A DNA stretch of 63,821 nt, the filler included, from Octopus bimaculoides (taxonomy: Eukaryota): NCBI RefSeq assembly GCF_001194135.2. It is 5 parts of 5 records of this genome, joined end to end, with 100 filler letters (N's around TTAATTAATTAA, not from the genome) between each part and the next. Parts side by side here need not be neighbours in the genome. Positions count along the whole stretch, not along the records: positions 1 to 9,979 come from NC_068986.1; positions 10,080 to 22,802 come from NC_068987.1; 3 more parts are not named here. One strand, written 5' to 3'. Positions 1 to 10,244 of the stretch are shown here, one piece after another. How positions within the stretch are numbered: the first letter of the stretch is position 1; each line of letters opens with the position of its first letter. The notes beneath the pieces were generated by a model that saw only the letters and a list, made by a program, of their open reading frames with translations, ran no database searches and was not told the origin of the DNA. The position numbers and the translations under genes were made by a program.

Positions 1-51
1 TATATATATATATACACATACATATATATATACATACATATATATATATAT

Positions 52-257
52 TACGAGGTGTGCTGAAAAGTTCCTGGCTTTAGGTGAAAGAAAATACGGG
101 AGAATCAGTTATGATTTTCTTCAACATATCCTCCTCTCAGACGCACACACTTATTGCAGCGATCCTTCAGTTTTTCTAAGTGCTGTAAAAGAACTCGGAA
201 GGTTGGGCCTCCATCCAGGCCTTTCACGATACTCTTAAAGCCAGGAACCTTTCTGCT
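52..257. mobile_element. mariner-type MITE (about 200 bp)
   Basis: Left end TACGAGGTGTGCTGAAAAGTTCCTGGCTTTA (52-82). 236-257 TAAAGCCAGGAACCTTTCTGCT matches the reverse complement of 61-82 at 19/22; the outermost part of the right TIR is missing. The TA-CGAGG terminus resembles the mariner TIR at 46001. Confidence 0.7.
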
Positions 258-430
258 TTCATTAACGAATTTTAGTTTGTTTTGTAATTTGTATTTTAAT
301 TTTAACTGTCTTTATATATGTTTTTTTTTTTGTGGTATTGTTATAACGTGTCACCTTGGTACTCGGTAAAGAGAGAAAGTTAATTATGCAAAGGCATATA
401 AAGAGATAGAAAATAGAATGTGATACAGCT

Positions 431-1790
431 GTGCTTTCAAAGCCACTTAAACTTTTTGGGGAATACAGGAAGAAGTACCTTACAGATAAGGTAGGCTTTT
501 CGCAGTTTTGTAACTTGCAACCGAAGTTATGTATTTGCCGCAGGCGTGCATTCAGTATGTCTGTGAGCAACACCAAGATGCAAAAACTTATCGTCTCTGC
601 TGCCATTCCCAGTAGTCACGACTACAATGACTTGCTTTGCAAAATGTTCGTGGGCAATCATGACTGTATGTTGCTCCTGTGTGAATCATGTCCTGGGAAG
701 ATCGCATTTGAACAACATTTGTTAGACGTATTTTTTTCACGTGATTTAGACTCCGACAATTTAGTAACGTACGAACAGTGGGAACATGCGCACCGGATAG
801 CCCTCTTATGCCTAACGTCTCCAGTGAATGACTTCATTCAAACCACTGGCAGTGTATTTAATTCTTTGCGACAGCACCATTTCATAACAAAAGCTCAATT
901 TAATTTCCTTGGTCACCAGAAAGATAATCTGCCATCAAATTAAGCAATAATATTGTTGGACTTTGTGGAAACCTGCAATGCACTTCAATTCGTGTCATAC
1001 CTGATTGTTTGCAACATGACACCATCACAGTGCATGCCATTATTACAAGGGTGATATCGCATATAAAAAAAGAACTTCTATTCATAAACAAGCTTCTGTA
1101 CTTCAGTAATGGTGCAGCCGGCGAATACAAGAACTATAAAAACCTAAGAAATCTCTGTCAACATCAGAACGATCACAAGCTTGAGGCGGTGTGGCATATC
1201 TTTGCCATGTCACATGGAAAAAGTTCATGAGACAATCGGTGAGATGGTGAAACGTTTGGCTGCAAAAGCAAGCCTACAAGCAGCATCAGAAAGACATAGT
1301 TTCCGAGATGTATGACTGAGCATGTGCAAGCATTCCAGGAATAAAGTTCTTTTGTATATCAGCCGCCGATGTCATCTAAAATGAAAATAGCTTCGATTTG
1401 CCTGCACGATTCACCAACGCAGTGAAACTAATTGGCATACGATCCGAACACTGCTTCATTCCTTTTTCAAGAACTGAACCGCTAATGGAGAGAATATCAG
1501 CTGATGACCATTTCACTCTTCTAGGTGAAGAACAGCCAGCATCCATGCTAGATATATCAGTTGCAGTTCTGAAAATATGTTGCATAGATGTATTATAAGG
1601 GTTATTGTATTAGTTGTATCGTTGAACGCTGAGATCATGGCCTTCTTTAGTCCATAGCAATACTTGTTGAGTGCACTTCTACAACATTTTCTGTCTGGTC
1701 TCAGCACCTGAAAATCAGAGACAAAGAGCCAGGTTTTATAAGCCTGCCCCTGAGGATGCTCCCCACATCCAAAAGAAACTGTCATCATTT
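431..1790 (+). pseudogene. degenerate DDD-type DNA transposase, Sola-like (probably Sola2)
   Basis: Broken frames give LLDFVET (DFxENY-like), CVIPDCLQHDTITVHA, YFSNGAAGEYKNYKNLRNLC (FSDG..QYKN), WHIFAMSHGKSS*D..GEMVKRLAAKASLQ (SHGKxxCDGxGGxVKR) and RFTNAVKLIGIRSEHCFIP. Several stops and frameshifts. Superfamily assignment is from remembered motifs. Confidence 0.6.
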
Positions 1791-3035
1791 ATATCTAAGT
1801 TTACTGTAAAAAATACATAACGTATTATAACTATTTATTAATATAAATGTCTGTCAACATGTAATCAATGCATTGTAAATCAGTACAATTTCAAATTGTA
1901 ATTAAGAGTTACTTGAACTAAGTTTTAGTTTGATACCATAAGCATTCCAGTAACAAAATAACATGATTTTAAAATACTGAGGACATGTACGATAAGATCC
2001 TGCACTTTTAGTGATCTTGTGTTATCATGAAAAGTATAAAGTTTCGGTCAGATCATGGTGCGATTCTGCTAAAAAGCATATATTTGAAAAATAGAATTAA
2101 CTATGAAGGAGATAAGACAACAAGTTGAAAGTTTGAAGAAATAAAGTTTGGCTATATACATTTCTGTAGAACAAGTTTTATTCCCTTGTTTAATTGCCCA
2201 TATAGTGAACTTGTGAGGCAAAAATTATCAAAAAAGTGTGGGGCTTTTTCACGCAGGACCATTTTCAGAGACCTCTAAATATTATATTATGCCTTGTACA
2301 TTTTCAATATTCTTATCATGAATGAATCTGTCCCCAAATTGAAGAAACTCAGCAGAAGTTTACTTATATTAGACATCCTGGCTTCATGGGGGACCCTTGA
2401 ATATTAATTTTTTTTATTTCCACTCATGGAAAGGTTCATATCTGAAGGGCCAATAACTCAATTACTCAATAACTCAATTACTCAATAACTCAATTCTGAT
2501 AGCAGATTCTGACAGGCTGGGTTTAGATCACCCGGAGTAGCCAATTTCAGTCTAATACTATTAGTTTTAAAGATATTCGGCACCGAAATCTGTATAAATT
2601 GACACTTGCGCTCTACGAGAGGCGTGGCCCTCAAATTTTGGCGGGGCCTATCTTTGAAACCCTTAGGAGTTGAACCCTAGAATAAGGAACATACATGCAT
2701 AAGGAACATACACATAATTATGTGTATGTTCCTTATGCATATAGAGGTATTACAAAACAAAAAGTTTGAGTCAAATCTGAGTTGGCCACGTGTACAGCTC
2801 TGGTTGAATTTATATAGAATGACCTAAAGGCAAGTAAATCTCTTTATGTATGATAAGAAGCTAATGACTATTAAAAGACTTTCTTTGGTACCAAGATAAA
2901 TTAAATTAAGTTTTACGAGTGAACGAACATCCTGCTGGGAGAATGACGACCATAGATATTGAAGGAAAACAGTTACACACGATAAAGACAACCAATACTT
3001 CTAGTATATACCCTGAGATAAAAATAAGAGCTAAA

Positions 3036-3932
3036 CTTTATTTGAAAGGCATGACTCCATCAGAAATCCATGAAGATATGGTGAGAACCTTAACGGACAA
3101 GACTCCTTCATATGCAACAGTCAAATGCTGGGTAAATGAATACAAGCGTGGCAGGGAGAGTGTGGAAGATGATCCAAGACCAGGGAGACCTCCAACTGCA
3201 ACCACCAAGGACAACCTTGACCTTGCTCTTGGTATGATAATGCAAGATCGCCGAATATCATGTCGTCAGATAGCCGAAAGACTGGGAATCTCAACTGAAA
3301 GAGAAGACAACATTGTGACAAAAGAACTTGGGTTCTCAAAGGTTTCTGCAAGGTGAGCCCCTCGCCTTTTGACTCCTGAACAGAAACGCACCAGGTGCAC
3401 TTTGTCCACGAGCAAGCTGGAACTGTTTGAAGCTGATGAAGAGAATTTTCTTGCTCGTTTCANNNNNNNNNNNNNNNNNNNNNNNNNNNNNNNNNNNNNN
3501 NNNNNNNNNNNNNNNNNNNNNNNNNNNNNNNNNNNNNNNNNNNNNNNNNNNNNNNNNNNNNNNNNNNNNNNNNNNNNNNNNNNNNNNNNNNNNNNNNNNN
3601 NNNNNNNNNNNNNNNNNNNNNNNNNNNNNNNNNNNNNNNNNNNNNNNNNNNNNNNNNNNNNNNNNNNNNNNNNNNNNNNNNNNNNNNNNNNNNNNNNNNN
3701 NNNNNNNNNNNNNNNNNNNNNNNNNNNNNNNNNNNNNNNNNNNNNNNNNNNNNNNNNNNNNNNNNNNNNNNNNNNNNNNNNNNNNNNGTTCTTCTACGCC
3801 GGAATAGTGGCGCTTCAGCACCGCTGGAGAAAGTGTTCAGCCATCGAGGGGAACTATGTTAAAAAATAAATCATCAGAAGTCTTGTACCATGTTTTGTTT
3901 TTTGAGGCTCAAGACTTTTCAGACACTCCTCC
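3036..3932 (+). mobile_element. 5'-truncated mariner (Tc1/mariner) transposon, same family as 46003-47269
   Basis: LKGMTPSEIHEDMVRTL..YATVKCWVNEYKRGRESVEDDPRPGRP (HTH), SAR*APRLLT (WVPRLL with W to stop), C-terminus ALQHRWRKCSAIEGNYVKK. Right TIR AGGCTCAAGACTTTTCAGACACTCCTCC followed by TA at 3933-3934. Catalytic region lies in the N-gap. Confidence 0.92.
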
Positions 3933-4053
3933 TACATATACACGCACATATGCATGCGCTCATATACACACGAATATAATTAGAAGGTTGTGATATTCGA
4001 GTATGAGTGAGATAAGGATTTAAAATGTAGATTTATAAGGTTATTGGGATTAC

Positions 4054-4420
4054 CTAAGTGGTATTGTGGAAATATACTGTATGGTCGTTTAGGCATTTGG
4101 ATTTGTGGTAGAATTTGAACGTGTAAAAAAAGCTGTGGTTGCATATGCTTAGTGCCACGTTATGTTTATTTAGCAGTACTGGAGAGTTGTGTTTTAATAT
4201 GTGATGTGCCTCCTTCAGGCAAAGCTTGCAGGTTGAGCGTTGACCTCGGTAGGGAAGCCCTGAATCCACTATGGACCATGCTAGAGTATAGGGTATATTT
4301 GTATTTTTGTATGCGGTTGGTGAGTGTTGTAGATTTACTGTTTATCGTATCTAAAAGAATGGAGGTGAGCGGCATATCGTTGCTTAAACTTTTTGGTTAA
4401 TCCTATGTATATGGCTGTAG
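4054..4420 (-). mobile_element. Penelope-like element, GIY-YIG endonuclease C-terminal remnant
   Basis: Minus frames: AIYIGLTKKFKQRYAAHLHSFRY, SKSTTLTNRI, RSTCKLCLKEAHHILKHNSPVLLNKHNVALSICNH. These match the YIGxT..FKxR..H..SF..STxL and CxLCLxE..LLNK...S.C.H pattern of Penelope endonucleases. Confidence 0.75.
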
Positions 4421-4689
4421 AGTTGTGTACATATAAACCATAAACGTCAAGAGATATGTGAGCTTCATGTATATTTATTTGTCTGCTTGACGTGCTTAGG
4501 GTTATGGCCGTTTCGCAACCTTCTTCTTGTAAGCTTAATTTCATCAGTGTGGATGAAATTATGCTTACATGTTTCCATTAATATATAAGCTCCGAATTAT
4601 ATACTACAATTGTATATTCACAAGTCAATGGAAATAAAGAAAGTTAGCTCATGAGATCACCAGAACATTATGGTTGTACCAACGATCAG

Positions 4690-4706
4690 TGTGGTGTGTG
4701 TGTGTG

Positions 4707-4792
<86 letters not shown>

Positions 4793-5032
4793 CGTGCGTG
4801 TGCGTGCGTGCGTGTGTGTGCGTGTGTGTGTGTTCGTCCCCAGTACTCCTTGACAATCGACGTTGATGTGTTAACGTATCCGTAAATTAGCGGTTCGGCA
4901 AAAGAGACCGATAGAATAAGTACCAAGCTTTTAAAAATTAAGTCCTGGGATCGATTTGTTCGGCTAAAATCCTTCAAGCTGGTACTCCAGCATGGCCGCA
5001 GTCAAATGACTGAAGAGAGTAAAAGATAAAAG
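4690..5032 (+). mobile_element. (GT)n microsatellite plus 3' half of the dominant SINE family
   Basis: TTGACAATCGACGTTGATGTG..TTAGCGGTTCGGCAAAAGAGACCGATAGAATAAGTACC..CCAGCATGGCCGCAGTC recurs at many loci in this window in both orientations. Confidence 0.75.
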
Positions 5033-6343
5033 GTAAAAGATTTGCGATAAAGCTAAACCTTAAAATACTTGTGTTAGTAATGGAAGAGATGATATTTCAT
5101 CAGCACCATGTCGAAAATAATAATGAAAATAATAATGAAATAACGAGTTAAGATATAGTTTGCATAAACTGCTTCTTATTTTTGTTGTATATTTATTTAA
5201 TTAGTTTTTCGAAATTATCAAAGTCTTAATTCGTTAGTCACAACATTACTAACTTGAGCTATATAGAGTTATGAAAGGAAGATAGTGGGTATTTGATAAG
5301 CAGACTCACTCATGGATACTTTTATCAGCTTCTAAGATTACATGAACTAATCACCAATTATTCCGCTTAACAAAACCCCCTTAAGATACTATGGAAAGAT
5401 AAAGTTCCCAGATGTTTCCTCTCCAAAGTGTTGGAAAGGGAATATACTCCTTATTGGTTACTGTAGTTAAAGGAAACTGCTGATTAAAGGATAGGCTGAA
5501 AATATAAGCACTGAGAAAAACAATCACACACTCACACTTGTAATTTGTCGTTTAAAGCCTGTTTACAGAATTCGGCTACCTGATATCAGTATGGAGGTAT
5601 ATGCCACTGGATTTACTTTAGGAATTCCTTCGTGTCCATAGAGTTTATAGAATATGAGAGAAAGAATATGGAATTCATGAGACTCTATCTATCTTTGTAT
5701 CTTTCTCCCTCTCTCGTTCTTCCTTCTGTTGTTCTTCGCCTCTCCCCTTCACTACTATATATCTCTCTCTTCCCCCTTGTCTCTCGTTGCTCACCTATAT
5801 TCTACTTCCTCCCCTTTTTTCTCTCCCTCCACCACTCTTTCTCTTTACCTCTCGCTGGTCACGTGTCCGGCTACTTCTTCCTTTTTTATCTTGGTCATTG
5901 CCAGGCTCGCACGAACTTTCTTCTCTCTTCCTTCCAGTTCATCACATCACAGCGTTCAGTATACACATATATTTTTTTCACGTCTAGCCTTATAGTCTTT
6001 CTTGTTTACTTTCACAGTTTCGTTTTCCTGTCTTGTTTTCTGTCCGCCACTACATTCCTCCGCTTTACAAATTTAATTTATCTCTGCTAGAAGAGCCATT
6101 CTAACAATGCGTCCTGCCCTGACTCTTCGAAACGCTTAGTTTTAGAATGGTGGCAGCTGATGAAGGAAATGTTCTCTATGTGGCCTGTGTGTTTTCTGTG
6201 CTCTGTTTATGTTCCGTTTCTCATTTTGTCCACGTTTTTTTTTTGCAACGTCCTGTACCCAGATATGCATCTATATATACAGGTAGATGTAGGTATGTAC
6301 GTATATATACGAATATATGCGTATACTCACATATTATTTGTAT

Positions 6344-6413
<70 letters not shown>

Positions 6414-6844
6414 ATTAAATATGAGGATAAAATCTATATAAGATTTTATTAAGTAGCCAGCGTGTAAAACCAATTAAGGTAAAAAATAAATACTAAGTAT
6501 ATAATTTTTAAAAATACATTATTACATTAAAGGTTGTTACAATAAGTAAAGTCACACACTGGAAAGGGACGCTAAAGTCAAACTACATTATCAAAATATA
6601 CACACGCGCTGAAGTCGAGGAAATGAACAAAGAAAAATTTATTTTATCCTCATATTTAATTGATAAATATTAAACCGAAATATGTTCAGTGCTGAATTAT
6701 TTTGGTGATACACACGTGGCTGAGATGAACAGGATAGAAATCCTTTCATGGATGTATAAGTGTGAACATTTGTATATGCTCTGTGGATACGTTGTGTTCG
6801 TATGGTATGTATAAGTGTTTATATTTATATATTTCTGGTTATGT

Positions 6845-6904
6845 TTGCATTGATGAGTGAAGAGCGTGTTACAGCGCAGATCATGAAATCGTTTCGATAT
6901 GCAA
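6845..6904 (+). ncRNA. type I hammerhead ribozyme motif, copy 1 (C3 to U variant)
   Basis: Stem I TTGCA/TGCAA; core TTGATGA (6850-6856); stem II GTGA..GCG-TGTTACA-GCGC..TCAT; GAAA (6885-6888); stem III TCG-TTT-CGA; AUA triplet with predicted cut after 6899. Confidence 0.75.
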
Positions 6905-7332
6905 CTGAACCTTTTTAAAAGAATTTTTTGTTTTTTCACTTCCTCGACTTCAGCGCGTGTGTATATTTTGATAAAGTAGTTTGACTTTATCGTCCCTTTC
7001 CAGCGTGTGGCTTTACTTATAGTAACAGCCCTTAATATAATAATGTATTTTCTAAAATTATATACTTAGTATTAATTTTTTACCTTAATTGGTTTTACAC
7101 GTTGGCTACTTGATAAAATCTTATATAGATTTTATCCTCATATTTAATCGATAGATACTAAGCCAGAATATATTCAGTGCTGAATTATTTTGGTTATACA
7201 CACGTGGCTGAGATGAACAGGATAGAAATCCTTTCAATGATGTGTAAGTGTGAACATCTATATATACTTTGTGGATACGTTGTGTTCGTATGGTCTGTAT
7301 ATGAGTTTATATTTATATATTTCTGGTTATGT

Positions 7333-7392
7333 TTGCACTGACGAGTGAAGAGCGTGTTACAGTGCTGACCATAAAATCGTTTCGATATGCGA
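7333..7392 (+). ncRNA. type I hammerhead ribozyme motif, copy 2 (G12 to A variant)
   Basis: Stem I TTGCA/TGCGA; core CTGACGA (7338-7344); stem II GTG..CAT; AAAA instead of GAAA (7373-7376); stem III TCG-TTT-CGA; AUA triplet with predicted cut after 7387. Confidence 0.75.
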
Positions 7393-7559
7393 CGTTCCAC
7401 GCATTGGAGTAAACAGACAACAAACACCCAGCTATTGCTATAAGCTACTCAACATATCATTAGTTGCAGTCGCGGTCGCCCTTTAAATGTTGCTGACTGT
7501 CCGAGTACTGGCGTGAACAAATCTCGGTTGCTGTTGTAGGCCATTCACTATCTGTTGGA

Positions 7560-8070
7560 TGCTGTCATAGGAGCCACCGACTCAAATCCGATTGACTGTT
7601 GATTTTAGGGTTGAAGCGGTGGATCAGCAGAGCCTCTTTTATAAGAAGATTGCCGGTGTTGTTCTCAGAAACTAGTATGTTGCTACATCTGGTCAGTTAT
7701 TTGCAGAAGAACGTGTTGGTGGTGAGATGCTCCTTAATTCGGACATGGAGTGGTCGTAGTGTGCTACCGGTGTAGTGATTGCCGCTTTTGGGTAATCATA
7801 TTTGGTAAACCACGCGCGTACGTAAGCACATATTAGAGTCACGGATTGGACAGTTCGTTAGGGTGCAGGGCTGTTATACCGCACGTGACCACCTCGTTGA
7901 TAGGTGTTTGCATAGGGGCGGCCCTGAATGGGTCAAACGGATGTAGAGTCCTTCCCAGCTGATAGCCTTGTAGATGACGGAGGTGGTCTTCTCATTTAAG
8001 TGGGGAATCTTCAGGAAACAAGCTTGTGTTCTTGTATGGAGTTAGAGACAGACGCAGAATATCCGTTGGA
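7560..8070 (-). mobile_element. Penelope-like element: linker plus GIY-YIG endonuclease, degenerate
   Basis: Minus frames: LKIPHLNEKTTSVIYKAI..IRLTHSG, CPIRDSNMCLRTRVVYQI*LPKSGNHYTGSTLRPLHVRIKEHL, LLIKEALLIHRFNPKINSQ. Confidence 0.85.
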
Positions 8071-8075
8071 CCCAA

Positions 8076-8258
8076 GTGTCTTACATGAAGCTGCAACACC
8101 ACCACTACACCACCACCACCAAGACTACTGAGAACACCAACCCTCAAACTAACAGCAACACTTGGCCCCTAGTTACAGACCTCACAAAATCCTTAGACCA
8201 AGATGAGCTCTCGCTCCTCAGCCTAGAGCCTAAATTCACCCTAACACAGACTCACTAA
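8076..8258 (+). mobile_element. Penelope-like N-terminal fragment, inverted relative to 7560-8070
   Basis: LVTDLTKSLDQDELSLLSLEPKFTLT resembles the VxNLS..L...E..LL..GxKF motif at the N-terminus of Penelope ORFs. Confidence 0.5.
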
Positions 8259-8289
8259 TAAGTTGAAAATTAACGATTTAAAATGTACC

Positions 8290-8880
8290 TCTCTTGTTGT
8301 TAGACCTCGCCAAAAATTTTCCAAATGAAGTTATCTCTGTATTCCAGTTCTTCATTGATCTCCTAATAAAATTTGATATGTTATCGGACACCTGTACCAG
8401 CTCAAGACTTTCTAAAATCCAGAAATGGGAGCTGCCATGTCAAATGCTTTCTTATAATAGATCCACGCCATGCCCAGGTCACCTTTTTGCAGTCGTTCAG
8501 TACCATTCTGTCTATCAGAAGTTGGTCTTTTGTTCCTTGGCTTTTGCTTCTGTATCCTTTCTGTTCCACTGGCAGTTTGTCATTCATTTCCAGGAAGTTA
8601 TACACATAACTAGATATTATTAGATGCACATAATTAGATATTATTCCTGACATCAGTTTCCACATCAAGGACAGGCAATTGATAGGCCGGTAAAGACATT
8701 GCCTTTGCTGGAATCCTTTTGACAAGAAATTGTTTTACCTGTGGTCAACCACTTTGGGATTTGCGCCCCATTGTAGATCATTTTATTCATTTGCGTGTAA
8801 TTAGTTCTGAGTTTGTTCCTGGGGTTGCATATCAATGTCTCAATGCATCCTTTCAGATCACTTTTTCTTAGTCCCCTCTA
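8290..8880 (-). mobile_element. R4/Dong-type non-LTR retrotransposon, RT fragment
   Basis: IPKWLTTGKTISCQKDSSKG, YRPINCLSLMWKLMSGIIS..YNFLEMNDKLPVEQKGYRSKSQGTKDQLLIDRMVLNDCKK, VSDNISNFIRRSMKNWNTE. Confidence 0.85.
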
Positions 8881-9039
8881 TTCTTATTTATGTGTATTTT
8901 TAGTGTGAGGCGGATGGGAGAGCTTTCCTCGTTTCTCCCTAGGGTGGTTAATATCTTTGGTGGCGTTTCGTTTGTTGTTGCTGGTGGTTTTGCCAGTGCT
9001 AGTGTTGGTTGTCGTCCTTGTCCTGGCGTAGGAAGCAAG

Positions 9040-9395
9040 TGGAGATCCTTTTCTTGACCGAATAGTCACTTGTGACGAAAAGTGGATCCTTTATGATAAC
9101 CGTAAACGATCAGGTCAATGGCTTGATCGTGATGAGTCACCCAAATGTGATGAGTCCCAAAGCCAAAGTTGTATCAGCAAAAGATTATGGTGACTGACTG
9201 GTGGTCTGCAATTGGTGTTGTCCATTACAACTTTCTGGAAGCCAATCAGAGGTTTACTGCAATCAACTCGCTGAAATGCATGCTCACTTGCAAAAAATGA
9301 GACCTGCATCGGTGAATCAGAATGGCCCAATTCTGCTCCATGATAATGAAAAGTCACATGTTGCAAGAATGACGTTGCAGAAACTCACAAACTTG
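9040..9395 (+). mobile_element. mariner transposase catalytic fragment (HsMar1/Mos1-like, different family)
   Basis: FLDRIVTCDEKWILYDNRKRSGQWLDRDESPK, KIMVTDWWSAIGVVHYNFL, PILLHDNEKSHVARMTLQKL. Confidence 0.88.
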
Positions 9396-9399
9396 CTCA

Positions 9400-9675
9400 T
9401 ATCAGTTGTCTGTTACTTCATATTGGTATTTACGACATAAGAGCCAATGAAGATACACATGCACTTCATCGTGGCGACGCTTGCATTCTTTTTGTGCAAG
9501 GCTCTCACATCCACTTACCAGGTGGGTCACATTTTCCACACTCTTTCCACAGAGTCTGTATTTCTGGGTGTCAGAAGTTTTACAGATGTTATACTTCACT
9601 GAATTGGTAGCGAGAGCCTAGTCTTGTGCAGCAATGATCAGGCTTTCGGTAGTACGCTTCAAATTACCTCGCTAA
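9400..9675 (-). mobile_element. R4/Dong-type LINE, post-RT CCHC zinc-finger fragment
   Basis: GNLKRTTESLIIAAQD*ALATNSVKYNI..YRLCGKSVENVTHLVSGCESLAQKECKRRHDEVHVYLHWLLCRKY. Confidence 0.85.
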
Positions 9676-9682
9676 GCCATGC

Positions 9683-9978
9683 CCTATTATTATTATTATT
9701 ATTGTTCAGTAGTTTTATTTTTATAACGTGCTTTCACTTCACTACCGAGCGCAGCTCTGTGCGCCTTGAGTATGTGCTGTGGTTTGCTGTGGTGCTCTTA
9801 TGTTTACTGTATTGAAAGTGTTTTGCGTAGAATGTGTGCAGTACCCAGTAGTGCAATTTTCTGTATGTTATATATATTTGTAAGTCCTGGTGTTTTTGTT
9901 ATGTATTTGTCTGAATATTTTTTTATTATACCTAAGGCACTTACTATGATAGGAATTGTTTCTGTTTTTAGATTCCAC
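9683..9978 (-). mobile_element. R4/Dong-type LINE 3' end (restriction-like endonuclease tail, 3'UTR, (TAA)n tail)
   Basis: Minus frame WNLKTETIPIIVSALGIIKKYSDKYITKTPGLTNIYNIQKIALLGTAHILRKTLSIQ*, then a short UTR ending in an (ATT)n tract at about 9685-9702 on +. Confidence 0.85.
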
Positions 9979-10244
9979 ANNNNNNNNNNNNNNNNNNNNN
10001 NNNNNNNNNNNNNNNNNNNNNNNTTAATTAATTAANNNNNNNNNNNNNNNNNNNNNNNNNNNNNNNNNNNNNNNNNNNNATTGAACTCAATTTTGTTGAA
10101 AACTAATTACTCGAAACGACGACATACTCCAGCGTATACATGTATGTCCGAATATGTATGTGCGTGTGTGTGTTTGTATGTGCGTGTGCGTGTGTGTGTA
10201 TGTGTGTGTGTGTGCGTGTGCACGCGCTTGTATATATATAAATA

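Larger units (their letters stand above)
6411..7400 (+). mobile_element. non-coding tandem element with two hammerhead motifs and a 5' inverted segment (retrozyme/pLTR-like)
   Basis: About 6640-6905 is directly repeated at about 7130-7393. 6411-6632 is the reverse complement of about 6930-7150. No credible ORF. Confidence 0.75.

Noticed and set aside
2919-3356. 145-aa ORF as an intact transposase or new fusion protein
   Set aside because: Homology to the mariner starts only at about 3036, the start is a GTG in flanking DNA, and the frame stops at the WVPRLL tryptophan.
6085-6150. Hammerhead-like GAAGAG..CTCTTC-GAAAC-GCTTA-GTT
   Set aside because: The core reads CTGCTA rather than CTGANGA and stem I does not pair; at best an unrecognisable relic.
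7775-7800. In-frame TGA in the Penelope GIY-YIG (VVYQI*LPKS) as selenocysteine
   Set aside because: The TGA is not at a conserved Cys position, neighbouring Cys are mutated, and the copy has other stops.
10024-10035. TTAATTAATTAA islands between N runs (also about 22847, 41642, 58371)
   Set aside because: Identical 12-mer with stops in all six frames, always inside gaps: an assembly spacer, not biology.
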